From: Nitrospirales bacterium
GTDB lineage: Bacteria > Nitrospirota > Nitrospiria > Nitrospirales > UBA8639
Length of the DNA: 64,000 bases
Reading direction: 5' to 3'
Assembly: GCA_965203295.1 (NCBI GenBank)
Contig: CBDBCZ010000015.1
Coordinates: 224,001 to 288,000 of the forward strand
This document shows positions 37,423-49,311 of this stretch, one piece after another (positions within the stretch are counted from its first letter, which is position 1; the number at the start of each line of letters is the position of its first letter). Under the pieces are notes generated by a model. That model saw only the letters and a program-made list of their open reading frames with translations. It searched no databases and was not told where the DNA came from. The translations under genes were made by a program, and so were the position numbers.

Positions 37423-38006
37423 AAGCTTAGGTTTCCCGCTTTCTATTTCTCAATATGAAATATGAATTTTTGATGAGGTGTCTAATGGATTTTAGAGACC
37501 TCATTAAAGTCAAAAGATCAAAGTAGATTATGCATACCATAGTCTAAGTTATGTTTTAAATGATTTTCATGACTTTACTGTTAAAATGTGAGGGAACAAA
37601 AATACATGGAATATATGTACTACGGCAGCAACATTAATATATTTTTACTAGTAATGTACTTGTACTGCTGCTTTCAATGCATTTTACGGAACAATAATAG
37701 GTTTATAATACACAGTTTTAGTACAGCATAACTGAGACAGCAGTATGTGTGATCCTGACACTATCAGTTCTTGGCACTTCTGAACATTGCTGTATTGGAG
37801 AAGTATTTCTGACTGGCCTGTAAAAGACAAAAGAGTCAGCCAAGGGTGACATGTACATTAGTGGTAAACACAACACTCAAAAGTCTATATCGAGCTTAAG
37901 AATATTATGTAATGTACTCAAAAAGAAATCTGTACTATACTGTGTGGGCAGTTGAAAGGTGCCAGTAGCAGTCTATAAGTCAAAGACAGCCATCCATTAT
38001 CTAAGT

Positions 38007-38753
38007 ATAGTTTAAACCACATGCAGCTCCAAGGGCTGTATGGGAAATACTAGTCTCGGCCCCAGACCCTCCCTGCACTCATAAAAAAAAAATGTTGTTT
38101 TTTTTGCGAGTGCAGGGAGGGTCTGGGGCCGAGACTAGGGAAATACATGAGTGCAATTTGTTAATTAGAGCACGAGGACAAAGCCCAAGGGCTCTAATTG
38201 AATCATTGCACGAGTGGATTTCCCATACAGCCCGCCTGGAGCTGTGGTTTAACTTGTTTGTAGCATGGCTGAATGGCTCGTCTGAGTGATAAGAGCGCTT
38301 ACCGCTCGGCGTTGGAAAGCACTGTAAGTTACTCCACCACTGTCTGTAGTTTATAGAGAGTCATACTGCCAGCCTAGTCTTGCGAGACTAACTGCCAGCT
38401 CTTGTGGCTAAGCAAGAGCTAGATCGGTGTACTGTTGTAGCTACTAGCTGGCTTTCATGTTGAATAGAGTTGCTAGGAGTGCTGTCTGTGATAGTGGAGA
38501 AGATTTCAAGTTGTTAAAGCCGTTTTGTCATGCTTACTGTTTGAAATATCCCGCTAGGTACCTCCCGGTAAATGTCTACAGAGCTCTAGAGAGCCAGCTC
38601 TAGTTGGTCAAGCTAACTGAATTTTAGGACTTTCTTGAAACTTGCTTGCCATCCTCTTTGAACCACTGTTGGTAGTTCCGGTGCAATACATATAGCAATA
38701 TGCAATATAATACACTGATGGTCCCTTTGATACGCCTATGCAACATGCTACAA
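38007..38753. mobile_element. Palindrome-headed element interrupted by an AcademH-like MITE (38051-38137, TSD GGGAAATAC)
   Basis: Palindrome about 38012-38252 with apex ACGAGGACAAAGCCCAAGG; second IR TTGTAGCATG/CATGCTACAA; insert TAGTCTCGGCCCCAGACCCT..GGGGCCGAGACTA. Confidence 0.7.
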
Positions 38754-41700
38754 CTGCCAATAGTTAATTTCATTTAAGGGTAAGGTATTTACACGGTCCC
38801 GTAATTGAACGTGACATTACATCCAGGGTACCTCTTAGCACTATGTTGGGTACTTAAGTATTAATTAACTACGGTTAATGTGAAATGAGGCCAATTTGCC
38901 GTGCTATAACTTCCTGACAGTACCGTATATAACAATACAGTAAAAAGCAATGAAAAGTTCAAATCTTTGTGGAAGCGAACAGTAAAAAAAGACTAGTGTA
39001 GTTTGAGCAAGCGTGTTGTGAGCTACGAGAAAAAAGGCTGGTTGTCAATGTTTACAAGTTACTGTTGAGTACCAAGGTAAGCAAGGGGATGCATGGATGC
39101 CGTGGCAAAAGAGCCGCGATAGCAATGCAGGTATAGTGACTTTCCAATGGCTCATATATATCTTGCGTACTCATAGCAGTTTATCTACCAATGAATAGAG
39201 GCTTACTACATTTTCTAGGTTAGAAGACTTTGTGTAGTCTCTGCAAAAGTCCAGTGCCCCAAACAAGTAGATTTAGAGGTTTCAACTATTTCATCATATC
39301 CAAAGAAGTATGAAAACATCAGGAAAATGATTTTGAAGAGGTTCTAAATTTTATCTTCCTGTACGTAAGTAATAGGGACAAACCACCCCTCTTCATACTG
39401 TTTGCTCATGTCATAGCTACCGGTTGAACCAGCATGCATGAAGTAGGACTGTGTTGTATATGAAAATATAATATATACCAGCATGTAAGTGGGTACTACA
39501 GAGGCTGCACACACTAATGTACGCTACAGCGTACATGTTCATATATGCAAACATGCACACAGTGTATATTCGGGCTTATTATTACTCATTTTGGTGTATG
39601 AAATATGCTATGAAGGATCTACACGTGTATTTCAGTGGGGTGTTTCTTGTACAAATGTATGTCTGGGTACTACATGTAAGGAGGATGGAATTTAACACAA
39701 GGTATATATGCACAGATTAAATCTCAGTACATGTCAATGGCCACCTCCTTCTCAGTGCTGCCTACAGGAAGAACAGCTATGCTGGAGATACCATTAAGCA
39801 TTTATTTGGTCATTATTGCAATTGACATGTAAAAACGATATAGGGATGGGGCCGTGTATGTTGCATTTATACTATCCCTACACCTTTTTCTTGTTTTTTG
39901 GCACTCTATCACTTGTATTTCCTTGTTTTTTTTTGTTTTTATGCTCAGAATCAGTAATAAAATAATTGATAGAACAAGTAGTTGTGCTTGTTTAACTCAC
40001 TCACTTCGCTCGCTCTATACAGATAGAACTGAAAAGTATCATCTCTGCAATGAATTTCTACGCGGCTAGTAGTGCATTGAGGCTTAAACTTCTAGTAATG
40101 GGTTGCACGGATCCTCTCTAGCAGGAAACTTCGACGGGTTTTCTCTACGAAGCAAAATTCGTTTTTGGTTCTGATTGGCGGTTGGATCAGCAGGAATCTC
40201 AGAATCAGCTTGGCATCTTTACAGCACAGGTTAAAGATAAGATGGTTGCTGTATTTGGCTTGCGAGACTAGCGACCACGCAGGACATCTAGTTTACGTGC
40301 CTCTGGTCTTGCTCCACATTGAGATGGCACAACCGCACCAGTTTCTGCAAACCGTGTGTGAATTCGGTGAGCTGTACCAACCCCAATTTGGAGATGATTG
40401 GCTATTTTTTTGGAATGTCAGTTAAGCCACTGCCAGACCACCCTCCAACCGATATCTGGCGAGTAGGGCCTTGTGCGAGCTGGTTCAGCTGAAGTAATGC
40501 TTACGGTTTCTCAAATCTACTCGAGCAGTAAACACTTAGCTAGCTGACACATGCGTACTCTGATGGCGCTGTAGTTACGCTCACGGTCATGCTCGCACTC
40601 ACACACATTCGAAGTGGAGTGAAATCCACAGTAATACTGTATACCATTATTGTACGTACTATGCATGCGTACATGTATACGTAGTTATTGTAAGAGCACT
40701 AGGAATACATGCCAGATACAACTACTTAATTGTGACGTATTCTGCTCTTACAATAACTATATATATATACATGTATGTGTTCTTCAACTAGTACAGTGTC
40801 GCTGCCTTAGTACATACACCATAGACAACAACTAATTTGTGGCATTTGGTGGCTGACCAATAAGAAAGTAGCAGAAGGACCTCAAAGCGGTCAACCAACA
40901 GCCTACCCACGGGTTCTGCAGGATGCACGAGTTCTGTGAATGACGTTAAGCTGGGAATTGCTGCTTGGAAACAAATAATAAGCTAGCTTTAGCAATTAAG
41001 CTACTTTCAACGTCTTTATTAACAATAACAACTGTCAAAGTCTGGCTTCTCACTAGTCACTAGCTGCTAGACAGTGATTTTTTGGTAACAAAATGCCTTA
41101 AATGTAAGAAGAATGAGCAAACTCCCTGGAGAAGGTAAAGCTTTTAGAGCCATTTGTGAAGCAGCATTTTGGTGAAACTGTTACATCTGAGGGGAAATTT
41201 GCAAGAATAGTGCAAAGGGTTCCCATAGCCATCAATGTACTGCTAAGTGCAACACAGCAGAAGTAGTAGCGTATGCCAATGAGCTTCAATCATATTGCTA
41301 GCCTGCTTGGTACTCGAAAGCAAATTGTTTGCTGGTGTCAGCAAATGGAATTGGACACAATTTATACACAAAATGCACACCCTTCATCCACGTATACACA
41401 TACCAATACGTATACACATACCAATACGTTTACACATACCAATATTGTTGTGATCATGTTCACAATGCTGAACTTCGAAAATACTAATTGCTAAAAAAGT
41501 GTTACGTATTGCAGATCTGCAGACAAGTATTTGTGACGTTACTGTATGGCAACTGTAGCACAAGGTGGTGCCCTGATCTCACCCGTGAAAAAGCTTTAAC
41601 TGCAAGGCAATGCAGCAGTTAAACAGCAGTGATTGAGTGTTTACATGAGGTAACACCAGGTACAGTCTGTACGTACGCTCAGAAAGTTGTATTTGCTCTT

Positions 41701-41999
41701 CAACAAATATTCAGAATAACTTACTCACCTGTAAGCGCTTTGAGATGGATACTTGAGTTTTCTTATTCACAGTGGGTCCACGTATTGGTCCTCCTACTCC
41801 TCCTTTCCCCAGCTGTCCTTTTGAAAACCCTAAGTCATCTTGATATGCATCTTCTTCTATCTATATCAAAATAAGATACCATGTCAAAGTGACAAATGTG
41901 CAATGCTCAGTGACTCAAATAATATACTATGCAAGATACTCGTGCTAAGTGATTAATTCACACTTGAGATTTAACATGTGCATGTAGGTGGTAGGAATA

Positions 42000-42544
42000 C
42001 TGTGTAGTGGGAAATTTTCTGCATGATGTAGCGTTTTCGTGGGCAAATCCTCTGACGTGAAACAAAATTTTGAACATACGTACATGAAAGTGGTCAAATG
42101 CAGTGAGTATTAGTCACGGTGACACAATGCAGTAGCATAGATACTCTACTATCTATGGCGGTAGCTATCACAGACTAGTATACCCACCTCAATGTAGCTT
42201 TGTTTTGTACTGCTTAGATGGCAAAAAGGTGGTAGGCACCGTGTTTTCACAAGTTAACTGAAGTGCACAACAAAACTGCAGAGTTAATTATCGCTGAATT
42301 AAAGTTCGGGTTGTCATTAATTTTGGTTATGCTGGAGAGACGGCCTTATATACTTTTATATATGAATTCTTAGCTTGACCTGTTGCTGTACTGATTCTTT
42401 GGTGTTTCAGGAGTAAAAGAGGTGTAAAGGAGTGTAGTCAAGATAGATACCTTTGTCAGTGCTGATGCAAAATTAAAATTACTTCTAAAGGCATTGTGGT
42501 GTTTTCGCAAAAATTTGCACCCATGAAAATTTCCCACTACCTGG
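42000..42544. mobile_element. Older TA-TSD MITE with TIR related to the 1357-1994 family
   Basis: TA|CTGTGTAGTGGGAAATTTTC...GAAAATTTCCCACTACCTGG|TA. Confidence 0.7.
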
Positions 42545-42668
42545 TATAATCAATTGATATTGAATTTGAACTAAGCATTTCATATAACTGCACTAAACCA
42601 TTTTCATAGCAGTCCATGTCTATGCTTGTTGTAATTTGTAATCAATGCTGCTGCTGGAAAGTGGTATA

Positions 42669-44540
42669 CAGTGCTCAGAATCTAAAGAGTAGATTTTCTC
42701 TGCAGGCAGTTTCTGTCAATTTTACTTTAAAAAATGAATGTAGATACTTATGATAACTGTTCATAAGCCTAGCTACTTGATAAATAAGGCTGTGGACTGA
42801 CAATAAAGTACTTTTCCGCCAAGTCTTCCATAGACTGCCGTACTTAGCGGCCATGTTTATTTGACGTCACGGATTATTTGCGTGTCACAGAAATGCCGTA
42901 ACCGTAGGGACTTTCCCGTACTAAACTCGATAATCGCGCGGTTTACACCAAGCTACAGTCTATTGCTCGTGAACAAATCGTCGAAACGCTCGATACTGCT
43001 ACAGACTTACTCTTTACACGGAGAGACCGCCACAGCAGCAGGGCCGACAACGAACAGGTAGCTGCTCTTGCGATATATGCTCGAGTGACGGGGCGGGGGA
43101 GAAAAACTATCAACGGAAAATTGCTTGCGCTCATCCTGTGGTTCCTTCGGCAGCTGTACAGGCCTTCCGTACGCTAGTTTTGCGTCTCTAAAGCCGTAGC
43201 TTCACTGAACACAAGTAGCGTGTCTATGTCGTGACTGTAGGCGTGGTTTGCGTAATCGTCATCATAGGTCGTGTGATGAGTGAAAAACGTCAGAATACGC
43301 AATCAAAATGGTGAAAAATGCCTGCGCAGACGAAAAAAAATTTCTGACTAAACAGTAAGACTCAGGAATTGTTTGAATAGTGGTACATTTGTATCAACTC
43401 TTTAATAGTTGTGTAAAAAAAAAATTGAGAGTTCTCGGACAATAAATTTAAAAGTTACTACCTTAAGGTTACGGGATACTGGCCCGCTTTGATTTAATAA
43501 GTAGTGAGTGAACAATGAATATCTTTGCAACTATGGGCCCTATAGCCACGATCTTTTCAGCATTTATTCATGGCCACTAGTTGTGTACTCAGTACAGAAA
43601 GCTTGTCTGTGAGCCCCTCCCTTGTTTAGATAGCGGTAATGGAAGTTTCAGCTGTTCGCAATAATTTTTCTCGCCAAAAATCGCTGAAGCCACTGCTGTT
43701 ACTAAGCCACTACAGCTCTCTAAGGATTCCTCACTATATTTATGAGGGACTGACGGAGGCTTTTGAAGCAATTATTTACACTAACAGAATGGCAAGTGAA
43801 TAGGTATGGCTCTGAGTGCTCTGGACCACACCTTCTTAGGTTTAAGAGGCTGTATCTCCTGTATCAGAGAGAAACTACAAGAAAAGCCTCCGTCAGTCCC
43901 TCGTGAATATAGTGAGGAATCCTTAGAGAGCTGTAGTGGCCTAGCAACAGCAGTGGCTTCAGCGATTTTTGGCGAGAAAAATTATTGTGAGCAGCTGAAC
44001 TCTCCATTAGCGCTATCTAAACAAGGGAGGGGCCCACAGACAAGCTTTCTGTACTGAGTACACAACTAGTAGCCATAAATAAATGCTGAAAAGATCGTGG
44101 CTATAGGGCCCATAGTTGCAAAGATATTCATTGTGCATTCACTACAAATTAAATCAAAGCGGGCCAGTATCCCGTAACCTTAACGGATAACCCACTCAAA
44201 ACATGAACTTTGGTCATTATCTCTGGTGTTGATTGATCGAGGAAAATATTTCTAACATTCAAAGATACCTTGACCTGACTACTTGTTATATTCAAGGTTT
44301 GAACTTTCTCGGAACAAAGATGTAGATTTAAGCACATTAACCGATTTTCCAAGTCAGGTGTCTTGCAGAGCCCATAGAACCTTTAGGTTATTACTAATTC
44401 AATTAACACCTTTCCCAACTTGTAGCAGATGTATGTAGGTATATGCATACCACTTTTGAGAACCTAACATCAAATTATGTAGTGTGTAGAACATTTAAAG
44501 CAATTTTATCAAAAATCTACTCTTTAGATTCTGAGCACTG
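42669..44540. mobile_element. Non-autonomous Tc1/mariner-like element (TA TSD) hosting a nested TTAA element
   Basis: 29-bp TIR CAGTGCTCAGAATCTAAAGAGTAGATTTT at both ends, TA flanks. Confidence 0.85.
43467..44179. mobile_element. Kolobok-like foldback element, TTAA TSD, ~295-bp TIRs
   Basis: TTAA|GGTTACGGGATACTGGCCCGC...GCGGGCCAGTATCCCGTAACC|TTAA. Confidence 0.85.
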
Positions 44541-45529
44541 TATACATACTGAGCTAAGCTCTTTGCTAAGGGCTTCCCTCTGACAGTGAAGATCACTCAC
44601 ATTGGTTTTAATTTCGCACTAGGTGATACACACTTGTTCTGAAGTATCACTGCAAGGAAGTTATGTTATGCACTTTAATTTTCAATAAGTTATGTATAAG
44701 CATGTGCTGCATTTGTATATTTGCATGTAGCTGTAGGTTTAGCAAGCAGCAACTGAAATTGAGCCATGCCTATACATGAATTTAGTCATATTGACTGAGA
44801 AAACTACGTGAATACATGGGGCAGCATGATCACAGTGTACGTTGTTTACATTCCACATCTACCTTTTATTGAAGTTAATGTCTACCCATCATCATGCATG
44901 TAATACAATATACCAGATCTTCCCCCGACCTATCTCCACGGCTGTGAGATTACATCTGGGCGGGAGGTCTGAGTACAGATTACACTTAGAGTACATGTAT
45001 ACAGACCTCTCCAAATGACATCCGGTTGCCTGCTTCCTCATTTCTGTAATCAGATATCTTTCCTTCATTTTCCTCACCCTGAGATAAACAAAATTAAAAC
45101 ATTTCACAAACAGGTGCATGGTTATGAAAATTAAATGCTCATCCCACCAATGGTGCTAAAATATTTTCTGAGCTAGAAGTAGCAGAGCTGGAAGACAGGC
45201 TACATACATGCAATTGGCTGGGATGCAAGGAATGCTCAGCAGTACTATAGAACCATTCAATAACTCGGCCAGGATTTGTAGAAATGCTTTACATCATGTC
45301 ACCACTGTTAACTACACCCATTTATTCCGCAATGGTAGGAAAACCTTTAGCTCCATTAACTGGAAGGTTTGTATACACACAAGGAACATGATTCCTTAGG
45401 CATTACTCTAGCCGTGTGGGTGTGAATTTAAAGGAGGTACATAAAACCCCAGTGTAACGGTCTCCTATGGGACCCAATTCACTGGCTATTAATATACAGA
45501 GGTGACTTGCCTACAGTATGAAATCCATA

Positions 45530-46135
45530 TTAAGTTTGCACCTTTCCCTCCTGCCTTTTAAAGACTCTAACTCTATATCCCCTCTTACTGCTTCATTGCA
45601 GGTTTTAGAAGAGCAGCCAAGTTTCTTTTTAGCTGATTAGATTCCAAGGAAGCTGTCTGTCGTTTATTGCAAGCCTACACTTCACTACCATTATTCTAAA
45701 GTAGGGTGAAGTACCAAAACTAACATGGAAATTATCCTTCTTGCAACTGTACTGAAAATCCTATTACTTAGAAACCTATAGTTTTTTAATTCCACTATTT
45801 ATTACCTTCTGTACATGACCATCCCTTCAACCATTATTAGTAAATTCAATGCCCAAGTAGCAGTAACTTAAACCCTTGGAATGTCTGCATTTATTACAAA
45901 AGCCCGGTACTACATCTAATTAACATTTGTAAGTCCTCAGCATTTAGTAGTTAAACCTACAAAATCATTAGCAAACATTAGACCCCCAACCTTAACATCC
46001 TTCTCCTTTTTAATAGTAATGCCAATCCCAGCCTTCTCAACCTCTTCTAGAGAACATGGCAAAATACTACAACCCTGTGCCACTCCCTGACCTATATTGA
46101 ATGGTTAGGAATTTTTCCCTCTAGTAAAACAGCAC
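45530..46135 (-). mobile_element. Decayed LINE RT fragment
   Basis: GGLMFANDFVG at about 45960-45990; homologous to 27150-29010. Confidence 0.8.
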
Positions 46136-46699
46136 TCATAAGAACCTTGCATACAAAAGGAAAGTTCTCTGAATACCGCAAAGTGAAGTTAATGTGAGTA
46201 GTTGAAATATTGGCGGAGTTTCGAAAGTTGGTACTCAGAGAATATTCATTTCTTAAGAGAGTAGATTTCAAATAACGTCTCCTTACATATTTAACATTAT
46301 TTCAAGTGATGCTCTCAAAGTGGTGTACATGTTCCCACAGCGTGAAAGTCTCAGGCAAAACCACTTACAGCCTTATAATTGTATTGTTGCGAAAAATACG
46401 TACAATTTGGCTGAAAAGAAGAGAATTAGACCTCCTTTTTGTAGGTGATTCCGAACACAGTAAACCTGATGCATGTACCCTGTCTGACACAGCTTGGAAG
46501 AGCAGACTCCAAGTGGATCAATGTTACAGGCAAAAGATCTTCAGGAAATGTTTAGAAATGTTTTGTCTGCAACTTGAGAGATTTTTTGAAAATAATAACA
46601 CCTACATGTACGTTAAACAGTTGGTTGTGAAACATTGAAATCGCCTATAAAATTATTGTTGAACTTTGCCACAACGATATTCCATCACTCTAAATTCAT

Positions 46700-49311
46700 A
46701 AATGAGTTTTGAAGATGTTACAAATCACCTTTGAAACTCACTGACAAAACCGAAATACGATACATTTCATTAATGTTAACTATGTAGCCTGAACTTTTCA
46801 CCACAGACTGTTCAATATAGGAGCTACTACATGAGTTTCACCTTAAAATGTGATGTTTTGTCTGAAATTTTGATCCACTTGGAGTCTGCTCTTCAAAGGT
46901 GGGTCAAACATGGTGCATCTGGTTTACTGTGTTCGCCTGGAGGACTAACTCCCAACGCTTCCTTTATCAGCCAATTACCAATTTCAACAACAGGGTTGTA
47001 AATTCCTTTGGTTTTACCAATCTAATCAAGACATTTATGTTGGCAGATTTACTTGTACCACTTTTAAGAAATCAACTCCAAACCCTGTAGAAAATATATG
47101 GAACAGCATATACGTATGTACATACATATCTACTCTTGCTCGGGAGCATGCAAAAGGGGTGAAACTTTTACCACTGTGATCCATAGGAGAAAGTAGGATT
47201 TTCCATTTTGGTGCAAACATTGTTGTTGAAGACATTCATGACCCTTCCAGCACCTAGGCCTTGGACTAGAGAGCTACAAATTAGGGTTCAAGTCATCAAG
47301 TGCCAATCCAGTGAAGTACAAGCCACAGCATGGCTCATATCACTCTCCAAATGCAACATTGCACAAGCAAAGCACATCACAACTACATGTAAATCACAGC
47401 TACATGCATATGTACATGTAAATAAATCTTGAAGATATTCAAAGCACAATTAAGCCACCCTACAAAATGTCTGTATTGCTCATGGCACCTCACAAGCAAG
47501 GCAATACCTGACAGAGGTTCCAGTTTAGATAAAATGATCAGGGAGCTGAATATACGTAAAACTCACAGCGGAGCACCCATACATTGTATATGAGTATAGA
47601 TCCAGAGTAGGTTACACTGCTCCTGCACTAGAATTAGGCTAGCTAAACTGCTGCGTTTCAAAACCTAAATGACACACCACACCTTGTGACATGCTATGGC
47701 ACCTCACAAGGAAGGCAAAATTTGACAGAGGTTTCAGTTTAGATAAAATGGTGTGGGAGCTAAATCTAAAATCGCAGCAGAGTGTATAGATCCAAAGTAA
47801 GTTACACTGTTCCTGCACTAGAATTGTCAAACGACAGCAAGCTACACCACCAGACCACCAGAGTTCATATGATTACAACTGGGGCTACCAAATGCCTCAA
47901 ACTTTAGTTTCTGCTATTCTGTTAGTAGCACATCGTCTACTAATGTACTATCTATGCCTTACCCCAACATAGCTGCACAGCCTTGCCTCAGCTGCTCAGT
48001 GCACTCATTCACTGTCGGCAAACTAACATAGTACTCTACACTCCTCGACCTTCAGCTGCTCCACTCTGAGTAAATATCCCCCAATGTCATTCAGTACCTA
48101 ATCTATTCGACACTGCATGTCTGTCACTCAGCCCCAAGATAGTGTCAGCAGACTCAACAACAGAGTTAAAAATAAGGCTTTGGGTTTGGCTGGCCAAAAT
48201 AAAATTTTGATTGGCCATCTGTACAATTTTATACAAATAAGATCAAATTTTGGGTGGCCATTGCAGAAAATTCCACAGAAAATGGCCAGTGGCCAGCTGT
48301 TATTTTGAGCTCTGCAAGAAGCCACCAAAAGCAACCTTAGAGCACCTAAGATTCAAAGGGAATATTCAGCTAAATGTTTTCCCACCCCAACCAAAAAAAT
48401 CTGTATGAAAATCTGTATAAAGATCTGACTAGGTCTACCATTAAGGACTAAAATAGCTTTTCACCACTACATTAGGTATGCAGTAGAGTTATAAGACTGT
48501 TGTTCTTTCCCTGATTCCTTGGCTAGCTGACACATAATAGATAGACTAACAGAAAATTAACACTAGCAGAGTTGTAGTATTAGAGTGATAGTTATACATA
48601 TGTACATCATAGCCAAATTATGTTATGGTATCTACTAGGAGGTGCTGATGTCTCAGTACAAGACTACATTCTTAACACCAATACTCATAGAACTTTCATG
48701 TAGTATTATAAGCAGGGTGTCCAATATCAAATATCATTAGACATTGGACTTGTCTTGTTTGATCTGGCTCACTCACCCAAAAACAGTACAGGCTGGTAAT
48801 CCAATAACATGATCTAGTACACATGTAGGCTCACATGGGAACCCACCACTAGCTCAAGAATTCTCACTCGGCACATTTTTTGAATTGGCTAGCACAAGTA
48901 TTCAAAATAACTCCATAGCTCAGTTGGTTCCTATGCTCAACAGGATATTATTATGACAGGAACACATGCTAGTAGAATAGCACAGCTCCAGTCTGGGATC
49001 ATACCTGCACAAACAGTTACCTTTCTGGAAAGGAATCTCCAATCTCAAAAGGGTTGTGATAGCCACAATACCCATGCAGTTTTGACGGAGTGACAGCACC
49101 AGTTGTTGTGATCTTGGATTTGAAAGTATAACTATGCACTGCAGTTCGGATTTTCTGCAAAGCGTATTCTGTCATCTGATTGGTTCAAGGAAAGCACACT
49201 TCAAAAGTCTCCCTCTCCTACATAGCTCCATGTACAACTAATAGAGATCGCCATATCATGGTATGGTGGGACTACTGAAGTCGTGGTAGCTGTGACAGGT
49301 GTTACATTGAC
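46700..49311 (-). pseudogene. Unidentified decayed multi-exon coding sequence (exon-like segments ~49311-49021, ~47273-47134, ~47084-46800)
   Basis: Phase-compatible splice sites; QMTEYALQKIRTAVHSYTF..HNPFEIGDSFPE|SLVQGLGAGRV..|..GIYNPVVEIGNWLIKEALGVSPPGEHSKPDAPCL; several stops. Confidence 0.4.

Larger units (their letters stand above)
37764..45078 (-). pseudogene. PRPF31: PRPF31 C-terminal gene fragment (exons 45078-45007, 41860-41729, 37817-37764)
   Basis: RVRKMKERYLITEMRKQA/RMSFGE (1 bp missing), IEEDAYQDDLGFSKGQLGK..TQVSISKRLQ, ASQKYFSNTAMFRSAKN*; canonical splice sites. Nop-domain exons and the TASSVAFTPLQGLEI segment were not found. Confidence 0.85.

Noticed and set aside
40600..40645. 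Missing PRPF31 SVAFTPLQ exon (TVDFTPLR on the minus strand)
   Set aside because: Match is short, lacks the preceding SGTAS residues and lacks a matching donor; likely chance.
43589..44057. Two near-identical ORFs on opposite strands
   Set aside because: They are translations of the two TIR arms of the TTAA element.
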